Shown piece by piece: positions 38,700 through 51,420 of a DNA stretch of 64,000 bases. The notes under the pieces are model-generated. The model was not told the origin of the DNA and did not search any database. It saw nothing but the letters and a program-made list of their open reading frames with translations. Numbering within the stretch: position 1 is the first letter of the stretch; each line of letters opens with the position of its first letter. The translations under genes were made by a program, and so were the position numbers. Source of the stretch: Podarcis erhardii (lineage: Eukaryota); NCBI GenBank assembly GCA_964252035.1, contig OZ176208.1; one strand, given 5' to 3'.

Positions 38700-38865
38700 T
38701 TATTATAGCCTTCGCCGGGGCGTAGCGCCTCCTGATTGGCCGCGGCGCGCGTCACTCCGAGTCTCAGCCGCGAGTCTGGGACGCGGGGGAGGCAGGAGGG
38801 AGGGCAGAAAAGGGGGCCGGGTGATATCATCGCCCCGGGAAGGCCGCCTCTGGGTTTAAGTTGTT
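38700..38865 (+). promoter_or_regulatory. PITX2: PITX2c proximal promoter
   Basis: CpG island start, reverse CCAAT box (ATTGG 38735-38739), G-rich tracts and TTTAAG at about 38855-38860, immediately before gttaggcaaacagggaag...ccgtcgctcgcctggg, which resembles the recalled start of human PITX2c mRNA. Confidence 0.7.
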
Positions 38866-39452
38866 AGGCAAACAGGGAAGCTGCTGAGCTGCTCGGGGTC
38901 CGTCGCTCGCCTGGGCTGGGTAGACCGGAGCGAGGGGAGACGTGCAGCGACCGAGAGGGGCTTGCGCAGCTAGGCAAAGCTGACCGTCGAGGCTCCTGCT
39001 CTCGCAGCAGCCGCCCACGCCTTGGATCTAATACAGTCGACCTGCGCCTGTCACTCTGGCCCGGCCCGCGAGTCCGTCGGCAGCCTGGTGATTTATTCAT
39101 GGTCGGCGCGGTCCGCCGCGGGAGTCTACGGCGGAGGGTGCCTTCGCTCTTCTTCGGGGTTTCTCCTGCTTTCACCCGCAGAGGCTCATGCGACGGGGCG
39201 GCCGCCCGTCGGGAGGAGGTGGAGGAGGAGGGCAGCGACGGCGGGGGGCAGCAGCGTCGCCTTGAGAGCCGAGCAGGGCTGCCTGCTGCGGGAGAAGTGA
39301 AACTGACACAGTGAAACTGACAAGGAGGCGGCGGAGGAGCTTCTCCGGCCGCGTCTCCCGCGCCGAGGGCTGCGCCTCTGTCCACACACGTAGCGCGCAC
39401 ATCCACACCCAGTGTGCAGCCCCGGGCAGCTCGGGCTGGCTCCCGCAGCCCG

Positions 39453-39708
39453 ATGAACTGCTTGAAAGAGCCGCTGAGGCTGGAGCGGCTGGTAGCCGGG
39501 AATAAACTGTGCTGCTCCACCTCCCCTTCCTCCGCTTCCTCCACCTCCTCCTCCGCCTCTTCCTCCTCCTCCTGCCACCACCACCACCAGCCGGCCCTGG
39601 TCATGGCTTCAGCCCTGACCCCCGGCCAGCCGCGCTCGGCCTTGGATTCTGCCAAGCACCGGCTGGAGGTGCACACCATCTCCGACACCTCTAGCCCCGA
39701 GGCCGCAG
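39453..39708 (+). CDS. PITX2: PITX2c-specific first coding exon (85 aa; 5' UTR about 38863-39452)
   Basis: [13 protein letters not shown]...[35 protein letters not shown] followed by G|GTAAG; the [17 protein letters not shown] motif is diagnostic of PITX2c; phase 1 matches exon 5. Confidence 0.97.
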
Positions 39709-40299
39709 GTAAGGGTTCTCCGCCGGCTCCACGCTGCTTCTCTTTCCCTCGCCACACCATCTCATTATTCTGATTATCAATATTGGGGGATTAAACCGGT
39801 GTCCCAGTCCTGTGCTGGGGACGCATAGTGAGGGATTAGAAGGAGAAGGGAATGGAAATATAATTGCGGATGGCACTGCCTTTGTAGCTAGATTCTGGGA
39901 GACATTGGGTTTCTCGTTTTCTGTCGGGAAACAGCGGGTGCGCGGGGAGGTAGAAGAGTTGCACACACGCCCGGCAAATCCAGGCATTTGTCACTGAGAG
40001 ATAGAAACTTAGCAGTAAAGGCAGCAGGACCCGGGCTTGTAACTGGAATGAAGTCTCCGTCGTGATTTAGCCAGACCATCTCAGTAAAAGAGCGGTGATT
40101 GACCCTGTCACTCTGAAATGTATTTAAAAACAAACAAGCGGGCTCTCTATATAACAGCACTTACTGCATCTAGTACCAATGTAGTCGAAGCTCTAGGTGA
40201 AATTTAATTCCAATAAAGGTACTGTATAGGAACCCTGAGGATTCTGGGGGAAAAGAGAGCTCAGATTTGCCCATGGATTTCCATCTATCCCTGGTGGTT

Positions 40300-40620
40300 T
40301 CCTTCCAGTGAGTCTAATTTAATGCAGTAGGATTGGATTCCGATGAAATATGCATAGGATCGTGGTGTCAAAGGATCCTTTACACGCTTGCTTGGGAGTA
40401 AGTTCGACTCGAATCAATGGGAGTTACTTCTGAGTAAACGTGCATGGGCTGTTAAACTGCTTCTTTAGGGGCGCACTTCAACCAGCCAGTCCTACTTGAA
40501 TACACTGGGACTTGCTTCTGAGTAAGCGTGTTTAGGATTGGGCTGTTTGATTGCAATCTGAAGTACACCTACCTAGGACTGTTCCGTTAAACTGAGTGGA
40601 GCCTGGAGGATCGGCTACTT
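40300..40620. mobile_element. Tandem array of palindromic MITEs
   Basis: Successive units ...ttgggagtaagttcgactcgaatcaatgggagttacttctgagtaaacgtgcat... and ...gggacttgcttctgagtaagcgtgtttaggattgggctg. Confidence 0.65.
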
Positions 40621-42106
40621 CAATTTAAGTGTTGACCGAGGATGCAATGACATATATCTTCATCCAACCCGATCCTACCCATGGTTACTCGGAAGTAAAC
40701 ATGTCCGATTAAAATAAATGATATTTGCCTTAATGAAAACATGCCCAGGAATTGTAGTCCTATGTGCTACAGAGACTGCATCTATCACCATGAGCGAGAA
40801 TGTAGGGGTCTTCACTGAACTTAATGGGGGCCATCCCAACAACTTTGAGATAAACATCTTTACTTAAGAAAATATGCTCCATCTTTAAAGACACTTCACA
40901 CTCTCATTAACTGCAATGGGTGGCATTAAAATAAGTTTTACTGCAGCAGACCCACTTTAATGAATGAACATGCCTTTGTTTGGGCCATGGATCTACTCAG
41001 AGTAAAATTTGGCCGAATACCATGCAATGTGAGTGGAAGTTAGACCGACTCACCGATTTAGGACACATTATTGTAGCATAATTTCTTGATGCTTGATCCG
41101 TGAATCAGCACCAGAGTGGCCTTGTACAGAAGAACGATGTAGCATAGTACACCAGTATTGCTGCAATCTTTGTAGGTATTTCGGAGGAGAGCCTCAGTAA
41201 ATGCAGAGCCGTGTTCGATTTTAGAGATGTGCATGTGCTCACAGCTGTATTGATACATATGCAATATACACGGTCTGCAGCTGCACAGAGTGTACTGTCA
41301 GTGCAAGAGGTATTTATACCTGTTACATATAACGAATGCATCTAGGTGTAACGCTCAACTGGAATTAATTTAGGGCAATCCTGAATCACAGTCCCATACT
41401 TCTTGTGGTGTGAGGGGGGAAAGCTTTCCGTGACATCAGGGAAGGACTTCCGTGTGCGTAAGAAGGTGGCCTTCAGATTTGCTGTATTAATCTTGTATTG
41501 GTGCACACTTTTAAAAGGAAGCACTTGGATTGAAGTCGATCTACATTCTAAAACCTAACTCCTGGGATATAAGTGGCAACGTTTTCAATAGAGCCGGAGG
41601 ACACAGCCTGACTTTTCAGTCCGAAGCACGGTTACTTTTCAGTTTATGGCCTTGGGTTTTCCTTTATTTGGTGTGTGTGTGTGTGTGTTTCATTCGGATC
41701 CTAAGCGCGTTTATTTCAGCGCAAACCTCATTGCTTCCAAAGAAACTACTTCCGTAGCCTTTATTTGTATTACAGTTTTAGGAGAGCAGCTTTTGGATTG
41801 GGCTTGTTCACAGCTAGATCTTTAAATAAAATAAAATCTATGGAAGTAAATACCCTGCGTTCCGATTAGGCCGACTGGCTTCAAAACAAGTGCGGTTAGA
41901 ACCGCGTGTTTCTCCGCCGGTTCGCAACGACCCCCCCCCTCCCACGGCTACTACGGCTCAACCGCCTTGGGAAGAGCGCCGACTGCGGGCCGCGGACCGG
42001 TTCAGCGGGGCCGCGGAGCGCTTGGGCTGATCCCCTTCTCCCTCCGCCCGCCCTTTTTCTCCCCGCCCCCCCCCCCCCCGAATCCCAATCCGCGCCAGCC
42101 TGTTGA

Positions 42107-42433
<327 letters not shown>

Positions 42434-44636
42434 TGAGTAGCTTGGCTGGCGCAGGGAAGGCGCCACTTTCGATTTGTCCTCCTTTTCGAGGCGGGCTTTG
42501 GCCCAGGCGCAGCCCCTCTCTGCTTCCCTCTCGGGCCGAGGCAGGCTGCCATCTTCTCCGAATATGATGGATGGCTGTGCGGCGTGTTCTGAACTGGATG
42601 TGTACTTTATGGGAAGCGTCGCCAAGAAAGCTTCCCGGGGCAGGCTCCGACGTGTGCGCAGCAGCCCGAGATGCGCAACACACGAGGCCTCTGACTCCAT
42701 CGAAGGCTCCCAAAACTTGCCCTTCCTTGCATTCTTCCATCTCTCTCCCCACCCCTCGCTCGCCCCAAGCACCCTCAGGTTTCACAACAACGGTGGCTTT
42801 CTCCCCACCCACGCCACCCCTTTCTTGCCAAGATTGATGGATCGGTCAGAGTGCTAAAACGCAGCAGAATCGTGCAGTCCCGTCTCCGGGAATTCAAAGT
42901 GGGGAGAAACCCAGATCACAGCCCCAAGTCTGTATATATGGAAGAAAGTCCCATGAAAAGGGAGGCAGTGCTGGTGTCCTCATACAAGCTTCGCTCTGTA
43001 GGGATAGTAAGTTGCAACTCGGTGGGCCTTTAAAACCTTTCGAGTTTGGCATATCCCCCTCCTAGCCGGCTTGCAAAGAGCTTTAGAACTGCAATTGGTG
43101 GCTAAATTACTTTAGAGTAATCCCGTTACGATTACTATGAGGTCAGGAGATTTGAGGAGATTAAAGAAAGTCCCAGCGCAATCCATGAAACTAGGAGCGG
43201 GGATGTTCAGCGTGCTGCTTACTATCTTTAAAAAACAACAACAAATAAATACATAAAACAGAAAATAAGGCCTCCTCCTTCTCAAATGTAAACCATGTTT
43301 GTTTTGGTTAGAAGTGTGGAAGCCTTCCCATACAAATGTTACGTGGAATAACGACATTTGTATTCAACAAGACTTACTCCCAAGAAAGTGTGTAGGGAAT
43401 CAGAGCGTTTTTTAAAAATAAAAACCGCCTGGTACCTAAGTTAGTGTAGGTCCCGTTCATGTCTCTGTTTCGTATTCTCAAGTAAATGCGATTAGGTCTT
43501 GGGTGTAAACAGCGCAAAAATAATAATGCTTAAATATATATATATATATTTAAACTAAAATTTAAATTGGGGTCTTGGATTAGACCAATGCGAAATGCGA
43601 AATGTTGCATTCATTGGAGGAATCAGTTTTTGCTACAATGCTTTGGAAATAAACAAATCCCAGAGATTTTAATTAAAAAATATGGGAGTCTGTAGAGTTT
43701 GGGCTCAGCTGCTTAGTGGAAATAAACAAGGAGTAATTAAAAAAAAATCTAAAGGGACACAGAGGAATCTGGTTGTGTTGGCTGTTGACTCAATTCAGGC
43801 TGGGTGTCTATTCAATAGCCGCGCATTTAAACGAAAATGTCTAGATTTAAGCCGATGGAGCCTCCTGCCCTATCTTTAGAGTCCTCCCCTCTCGAAAACA
43901 AAAGGAGCTTAATTTTATTGAAATCTGCCGCACTTACTTCTAAGCAAGTAAGCGCACTCACGACTTTGTGACATTTTGGTTAGGCCTAATTAAGGTTTTT
44001 ACCATACCGTGGCTTTGAGATTTATTGACTTTTTTGTAATAAATCAACAAAGCTACCTACATGGTGTGTGTGGGTGTGTTGGGTTTAGTGGGGTTTGCGA
44101 TTCTCTACAAACCGTGGTTTCACTGGGGAAGAACTCGCAGTGGCCTGCTGGGGTGGCCTGCTCCCCCGTGAGGATGCTTAGGAGAGCAGTCTCTAAGGGG
44201 GGGGGGGGAGAGAGATGCAACTAGGTCAGTTTATGTGGAAATGCGATTGTAGAAAAACTGGCTCTTTTTCTATAAGAAGCTTGCGCTTTTGTGTTTGGCG
44301 AGGGAGTGTCAGCTTGCCCTCAAGTCCCTCCTGCAAATGTGCTGCCCTGTAACGTTTTAAAAATATGACTTTGAAAACGCTGGCAGTGGAGAGGTGAACA
44401 ATTCCCCTCCCCCATTTACAGGTTTATTTTCCCCACTTCTTTGAAACCTGGAGACGGCCGTGCATGTGCTTTGGGGAATGTAGCGTGTTATGTTTGGGGG
44501 AAAGTGGTGGTATTCGCGGGCGCTGGGTATTGGGTTTTATTAGGCGTCTGCGAGCGAACCGTGAAGTCGAAAGGGAGATTTGCAACGTAAAACACGGGCT
44601 GTGTAAACAGAACGGGAATTTCCCCGCGACGGTTCG

Positions 44637-44695
44637 AATCCACATAATAACTTTGCAGGCGGCCGACTGGCAAATCAGGCTGCGGGATGTGGATT
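44637..44695. promoter_or_regulatory. Probable asymmetric enhancer (ASE) core: FoxH1 sites
   Basis: AATCCACA (44637-44644) and TGTGGATT (44688-44695) in a CpG-rich patch of the last intron, where the Nodal-responsive Pitx2 ASE is known to lie in mouse. Confidence 0.75.
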
Positions 44696-46305
44696 GGAGC
44701 GAGACACACGCCTTCGCCATTGTCTGCGCGGCGGAGGCTGTTGCCCTTTAGCACGTAGTGAAAAGGGCAACTTTGCCAAACGAGCAGAGGACAAGATGGG
44801 GCGGACGTGATTTGGCTTTACTGGCGATTAGCACATGAAAGGGACTGGTCCCTTTAACAAGCTGTTGAGGTAAAGATTTATGACGGCTTGCCCAGTTATT
44901 TTTATTTCAAAAATATTATTATTGTTCCTACGTCTTGTTTCTAGAGAGGAGATATCGATGGGATTAAAAATGCATTCTGTTCCTCGGTTTGGGAAAGAGG
45001 GCTGAGGTGGTTAAAAGTTGGATTCTCGGTGCAAACTCAGTGTTTTCTTTCTTTGTCGGAAATCGAGGGAGGGGGAAACTGAAAGGTGGAGGAGGGGGAA
45101 GGAGCCCATCCCCTTTGTTCGCGATCTCCCTGAACAACAAAATGAATGGAGTGCGAACCGAATGAAAGATTCCACCTACAAGCGAGCAGAAACCAAAGCA
45201 GCAGATAGATAATATATAGGACGTTTCCTTGGCCTGGCGTCAAAGCCTGTGATGAATGACACGAACATTTGCACTACAAGAGATATTTTGTCATATATAG
45301 GTGGAGATATTCAAAAGCAGCTTCAGCCAGGGCCCAGTTAAGCGTTTTTCGTCCCTCTGAAAGGAATGAGGCTGGCGCTCCAAGGAGAAACAACGGGGAT
45401 CTATTGCGTAGCTCCAGTTCATGCGGGATCAAATATGCTCCCACCGCCACTGTAAATTGCTTTATCAGGCTGTAAAACGTGCTAAGAAAGAACGGGGGGG
45501 GGGGGGGGCGGGCAATGCTCTTAAGACCGGCTTATGCTTCGGTTTCTGGTGCCCTAGCCTTAACAGATTTACTCGGGAGTTAGTATCCCCGATTTAAGAG
45601 GGACCCAAGCAAGAATCTAGACCTGAGGATCCTGCGCATGTTTTCTGGGCGCAAGCCCCTCTGAGGGGCTCTGGGTTCCAGCCGTAGACCCCGATGCGAT
45701 GCACGTTGACCGGAAAGTAAGTGGCACCGAGGGTCAATAGAGATGATTCCCAAGTCAATAAACTTGGACTGGCAGCCACAAGGTCGGCCCCTATACGTGT
45801 TTTCTGGGAACTGAGAAGCAATTCCCAATGTCTTCCAACTAATCTCTGTAAGAGTACAGAAGAATCCATAGGATCGTAAACGAGGCTCCAATGATTTGCA
45901 GTGGCAGCATCAGGAAGGGGAAAAAACATGGGGCGGGGCAGGTTGAGACATAAGTGCATTTTGTGGGGTGCTTCCTTCCCCATGTTAGATTTCTGGAAGA
46001 TAAACACAGGCATCTTCTGCAGGCTCCCCTCCTCAACGTATTTTCTCCGCCCAAATTGTGTCTGATGGCGTTATTACTTTTCAAGGCAGCAGGCTTAGAC
46101 ATTTTGCAGCTTTGTTTCCAAACCGTCCCGTTTATGGTTCAGTGCGAGTTTGTACGTGGAAAGTGCTTCACGACTCCCCAGCAGTAGTGTGTGTTTTTTT
46201 TTGGGGGGGGGGAGGTGTTAAGAGCCAACTGTGCGTGGTGGAAGGCCGCTGTGGGAACAGGACGTTAGGCTAGGTTTCATCCAGCAGGCTCCTCTTGGAT
46301 TCTAG

Positions 46306-47088
<783 letters not shown>

Positions 47089-48030
47089 GAGAGAGACAGG
47101 AAGGCCCGCTGCCTTTCCTCCCTTGTTTTGTTGTTGTTGTGGTTGCGTTCAGAAAACAAACAACTCCCCCCCACCCATTTAAAAAAACAAAACCCAGAGA
47201 CACAGGAACAAGCAGGCGCACAATTCTGAATGGACGAGGGAGGAGGCCTCGCTTCCGCAATCAAAGGACTTGAACGTTCGAATCCAAAGTAAATGGGCAC
47301 TAATGGAACGGGAGATGGAAACAGCGGAGTGACTTCGGAATTGAGACAAAATGTAAACCAGAAAGAGAAGGGTTAGGGAGAGGCACAAGAGATACCACTG
47401 AAACTAGCGAGTCCCTTTGTTTTCAAAGGATGTTCTCCTGCTACCTTTCACTGAAGAAGAAAAAAGTATTTCCAACATCTACAAGGACATATATTATAAA
47501 TATATATAAAATACGGACAAACGTTTGAATCGCTATACTATGACATTTTAATGTTCCTATAAGCTTGTTATTTTTTATGTTTAGCATTGTTAACATTAAA
47601 ATTAAAAAATGACGGGAAAGGATGTATATATATATCGAAATGTCAAATTAATTTTATAAAAGCAGTTCTTAGTAAATATCCACAGTGTTTTTAAAAGTTA
47701 GGCTTTAAAATAAAGCATGTTACACAAGACATTAGGGATTTCTTTTCTTTTTCTTTTTTTCCGCTTGCGAGCAAGGGAATGTATATACTAAATGCGAGAC
47801 TGTATGTTTCTAACATATTATTAATTATTATTATTAAAAAAGAAGAAGAAGAAGTCCCATTGTGTGAATATCGGTTTTAGAATAGTACCTCTGGTGGATG
47901 CAATGGCGACGCTGAAACTGCAATGTAAACATACCCTGTGTATAACATTTCGTATAATAGTGTTTTCCTTTTCTGACAACATTGGAAAAAATGTGTTTTC
48001 TTTCATGGGAGTAAAATATACTGCATACAG
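47089..48030 (+). other. PITX2: PITX2 3' UTR with poly(A) signals AATAAA (47709-47714) and AGTAAA (48010-48015)
   Basis: AU-rich; the distal part (ggctttaaaataaagcatgtt...cgcttgcgagcaaggg...gggagtaaaatatactgcatac) resembles the recalled human PITX2 3' UTR up to its poly(A) site. Confidence 0.8.
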
Positions 48031-49575
48031 TTTGGTCTGGATTATTATTTTTTAATCCGTTCAAGCGCATCGAGGGATATCCCCACATATTGTCCGGCTG
48101 CTGATTTCCAGCCTCCCTTCTGGTGTGTGCGGAGGGAACCTTCCTGCTCACCTCGCTCCTATACAACCACAAAAGTCCATTGTTACTAGCGAATACGTCT
48201 TCTACGCCTTTCATTTTTAGTCTTGTTGGTGCAGTCCTGTGTATGTCTACTCAGACAAAAGCCCAGCTGAGTTAAATGGAGCTGTGCGCAGGATGGCAGC
48301 CCAAATATGTCGATGGCGGTGTAAAAGAAGGTAGGAAGGGGGTGGGAAGTTCAATCTCTATAAGGCTCGTACCCATAAGGTGATCGTTCTCCTCCCAAGG
48401 AGCTGGGTTCTGCTGTTATTGCCCTAACCTAACTGATCACGAACGCTATCCATCTCTGCTCAGAGTCCTGTTGACTTAAGGACCTACGTAGGTGGCTGCC
48501 GGATACTGAAACAGACCATTGCTCTGCCTCCCTCAGCAGCGCCAGTACTGGCCGGCAACTGCTCTTCAGAGCTTCTCCTGGAGAGTTCTAAACGACGCTC
48601 TTAAATCCAAGTGAAATCACTGGGACTTAAACTTTGTTTAACTTTGCCTTATTTGTGCCGAATAATAACAACTGAATCAATAAAACGGCCAGGTTATCTT
48701 CTTATCTGTCTCTCCATTGTCTGCTCCTACCGCTCTCTCTCTCATCTGTTCCTTTCTGAGGGTTAAAAAACAGAAACCAACAGAAATTCTTTCCTTAAAC
48801 CTGTACGGATCACCACCACCACTCCAGCAGAAACCGAGAAACCAGAGCCTGCTGTGTCTAAAAGCGCCGCCGCGCCTCGCGTCGAGCTCCGCCAGAGGAA
48901 TCCGAGAGAGGGTCGCTGGTTCTGGAGCACCTCCTTTCAGAAGGCTTGTCCTGCAATCTGTAGCCGAGGGGGAAAGGTCGCGCTCTTTGTGTTGGGCGCG
49001 TAGAGATATTGACCCATTCATTCTCAAACTGCTTGTTCGCCAAACCATACGGGATTATAGTTTTGCAAGTCTGTGGGTGGGGGGTAAGCAAATCAAGATG
49101 AATTACGGCGCGCGCCCGGAGCGGGCAGCAGCAGTTAGAGAGGGAGAGGAGAGATGGTTTCAAAAGAGTGGAAAAGGGTTCCTTAGGTGCGCATCTCAGG
49201 AGTTAAGCTACTGGCCACCCTCTTCCCCCTCCCACTCGTTCCCCAAGTCTCTGTCTCTCTTCCTCTCTCTCTCTCTCCCCCCCCCCGCCCTGCTGTAACC
49301 TTACCACTAGGTAGAACACACAAATGCGCCTTTGTTTTCCCGGTCCAAAACATAGATACCAGATAATGCGTTTAATTTATGGTTGCCAGGAGCTGCACAT
49401 TAACTTTCCCCCTCTTTCCGTCCCTCCCCCTTTTCTCCTTTAGGGGGGCAGGGGGCGTTACACTAGATCCCTCAAGTCTACAAAAGGGCCCCCACCCCAT
49501 GGAGACTGCAGAGAAGAGAGAGGGAAGGGAAGGGCGAAGAGGACTGGGAAGAGCATGTGCACCTGAATTCACTTA

Positions 49576-49652
49576 CAGAATCATAGAATCGTAGAGCTGG
49601 AATGGTCATCTAGTCTAACCTCTGCAATGCAGGAATCTCACCTAAAGCATCC
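49576..49652 (-). mobile_element. CR1-type 3' tail fragment
   Basis: cagaatcatagaatcgtagagctggaa...tcatctagtctaacc...tgcaatgcaggaatct. Confidence 0.75.
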
Positions 49653-49686
49653 AAGGCGACTCCAAACATATATTCATTTTGCCTTA

Positions 49687-49882
49687 TTCATTCAAACAGC
49701 ACCTTCTTCTCAAGCAGCTCAAGGTGGAGTTCCTGGTTCTCCCTCGCCTCCTTTTTATCCTCACAAAGACCCTATGAGGTAGGTTAGGGTGAGAGGGAGT
49801 GACTGGCTCCAGGTCACCCTGTGAGCTTCATGGCAGCGTGGGGACAAGATTCAAGCACTCTTTCCACTGCACCACCAGGCTG
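49687..49882 (-). mobile_element. MIR/Ther1-like CORE SINE (Squam3-like)
   Basis: gagctcaagg-like block, tttatcctcacaaagaccctatgaggtaggttagg...aggtcaccctgtgagcttcatggc...ccactgcaccaccaggctgg. Confidence 0.8.
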
Positions 49883-51213
49883 GTTGACTTGGAAGTTCAC
49901 TTCCACTGAAACCAAGCAGAAGCAGAGGATGGTAGCCAACTAAGTTTTTCTCAGAGTAGACCCATGACTAAATTAGGCATATTCATTTCGATGGGTTTAA
50001 TCCGAGTAAGATTTAGCTGGAGACCACCCAAATTATCTGCCATCCTCTAAACCACACTGGGGTCTTAGCAATCTGTTTTCATGTCCCCCCCCCCAAAAAA
50101 AAGGGGCGGGGAAGGGAATAGATTCGTCTCCGTCTCCTTACTTCTTGGGAATGGGTAGTTAGAGAGAGAAGCCCAAGGGGACCCTCAAAATAAGGAATTT
50201 GCTGCAAGGCCCAAGGAACCCCTGTTCCCTCCTTTGCGATGGCCGAAGGGCCTTTCGAACATGCCAAGGTCCTTGACCCAAGGCCAGATTTTTCAATCGA
50301 TCGTCCTTCTCCTCGGGTCAACACTTCCGACCGGAGCGGGAGAGGAGCCTGGCGGCATTTCTCCGTGTGTGTCTGTGCGTGCTTGTGCGCCTTTGTGTTT
50401 AAACGAATGGTAATTATTAAGCCAATTGTTCTCAACGACTACCAGCTTGCATTTGATAACAGACGGAGATCTCGCCCTTTCTTAGCCAATTGATTCCGTC
50501 CATGCATTCAAAAATATTTTCGTGACCACAGACTTCGTATCTCATTTCCGGGCGGGCCGATTGACGATGAAAATCGGATCATCTCTGGAGCTACGAACGG
50601 AACTACTCGGAAGTAAGTTCCTTTAAATTGCTTCTGCTTTGGGAGTGTGGGGGAGGAGAGAAGGGGACGACCATACCGAGGAGCCTCTGCATACGTTTAC
50701 TTCGAATCCCCAGGTAAGCTTGGCGAGAACCGCACCAGACTTGTTTTCTGCCCCCCCCCCCTGTTAGGCCGAAAGGGAAAATGCCCTCGTTCTCCACAAC
50801 ACCCTTTACTGTGGTTATTTCCCACAAAAAAACACATCACGCAACAAGCGACATCTCCCCTCCCAGGAGCCTCTGGCGCTCCTCAGCTCAGCCAGAAATC
50901 TGGGGAGAAAGTACCCCTTGCCTATCCCAGAAAACCCCTGAATTAAATCCCTCCCCGAGAGGGAGTGGAATTTCTTCTCTTCCTTCTGCCCCGTCTAATA
51001 AGATAAAAGCCCGAGGGAAAGTGGGGAGGGGGCTCATTTTTTCCTGAGAAAGGAAAATAATAATAATGAGATTATATTTGGAGTAGGCAGTAAATCACAG
51101 GGGGGCCTTGGACGTCCGGGGGTTGTGTTTCTGGCGTTTCAAAGCAAAACACACACACACAAAAACACACAGAATCGCGGCCCTTCTTGGAAGGTAAGAC
51201 CGAGAAACGACGT

Positions 51214-51214
51214 G

Positions 51215-51274
<60 letters not shown>
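51214..51274. repeat. Compound (TG)n(AG)n microsatellite
   Basis: Direct reading; a separate (TC)n lies at 51385-51418. Confidence 0.95.
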
Positions 51275-51281
<7 letters not shown>

Positions 51282-51380
51282 CAAGGCCAGAGAAGAAAGC
51301 TGGCTCAAAAGAAGAAAACATCGCTTTCCCAACTTGCAGGTCTTAAAGCCCCAAAGCCATAAATTAACCGGCTGGACTTG

Positions 51381-51420
<40 letters not shown>

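Noticed and set aside
38864-39760. 298-aa minus-strand ORF over the PITX2c leader and exon
   Set aside because: CpG-island and triplet-repeat shadow (poly-E/W from TCC/CAC repeats); no independent coding evidence.
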